Source: Gekko japonicus (lineage: Eukaryota). Taken from it: DNA of 64,000 bases. Shown here piece by piece: positions 63,810-64,000 of this stretch (position 1 is the first letter of the stretch; every line of letters begins with the position of its first letter). Under the pieces are notes generated by a model. That model made no database searches. It was not told the origin of the DNA and saw only the letters and a program-made list of their open reading frames with translations. Location of the stretch: NCBI RefSeq assembly GCF_001447785.1, contig NW_015161423.1, forward strand, positions 622,700 through 686,699, written 5' to 3'. The position numbers and the translations under genes are program-made.

Positions 63810-64000
63810 ATGATCTTCTTCGTGGTCTCTGTGCTTCACACCAATGGGTTTAATGCGCACACGCTGACCCAACCGGTGCTGTAGCAAGCTCTGTTTCAAC
63901 GGATTTTCACGCGAGTCCCCTCAGGCATGCGCAGGAACCCCACTGCGCATGCCCAGAGGGACGAGCGCGGACATCCCACCAGTTCCTTTTCTACCGCCGC
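63810..64000 (+). mobile_element. Possible terminus of a DIRS-like (tyrosine recombinase) retroelement running off the window
   Basis: CpG-rich TCTCTGTGCTTCACACCAATGGG...GCGCATGC...CAGTTCCTTTTCTACCGCCGC resembles reptile DIRS termini as I recall them. No ORF is visible in the window. Confidence 0.45.

Overview
Vertebrate genomic DNA, almost certainly squamate (Sauria SINEs, BovB, 5S-derived SINEs; the repeat content suggests a gecko). The whole window lies inside one + strand gene, the transmembrane collagen COL13A1. I can place 18 small phase-0 exons (729 nt, 243 aa): GPSGRPGLP|GDKGAMGIRGLW|GLKGQHGEK|GAPGEAGMSIIGPRGPP|GQPGTRGFPGFP|GPIGLDGKP|GHPGPKGEM|GTPGPKGQP|GPPGQKGEK|GQCGDYPHR|EHLSTTLAALRSNQILTLK|[22 protein letters not shown]|[33 protein letters not shown]|GKVGEPGKPGKDGK|GLPGLPGPK|GEPGVPGYHGRK|GEVGETGLAGAPGVPGPTGPK|GGKGEPGMK. 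These cover COL1, NC2 and the start of COL2. The start and stop codons are outside the window. The introns hold many transposable elements: a decayed sushi/PEG10-like Ty3/Gypsy gag-pro-RT fragment, a long L1-clade LINE, hAT and Harbinger MITEs, and SINEs. There is also a 970-nt assembly gap. The most notable observations are: (1) a non-canonical GA splice donor on an otherwise intact collagen exon; (2) COL2 exons that, as far as I recall, human COL13A1 lacks; (3) a PEG10-like -1 ribosomal frameshift cassette; (4) an inverted-SINE/SINE/LINE chimera bounded by one target-site duplication; (5) long AG-exclusion zones before cassette exons. I found no convincing novel protein-coding system. Homology statements come from memory of these families, not from database searches.
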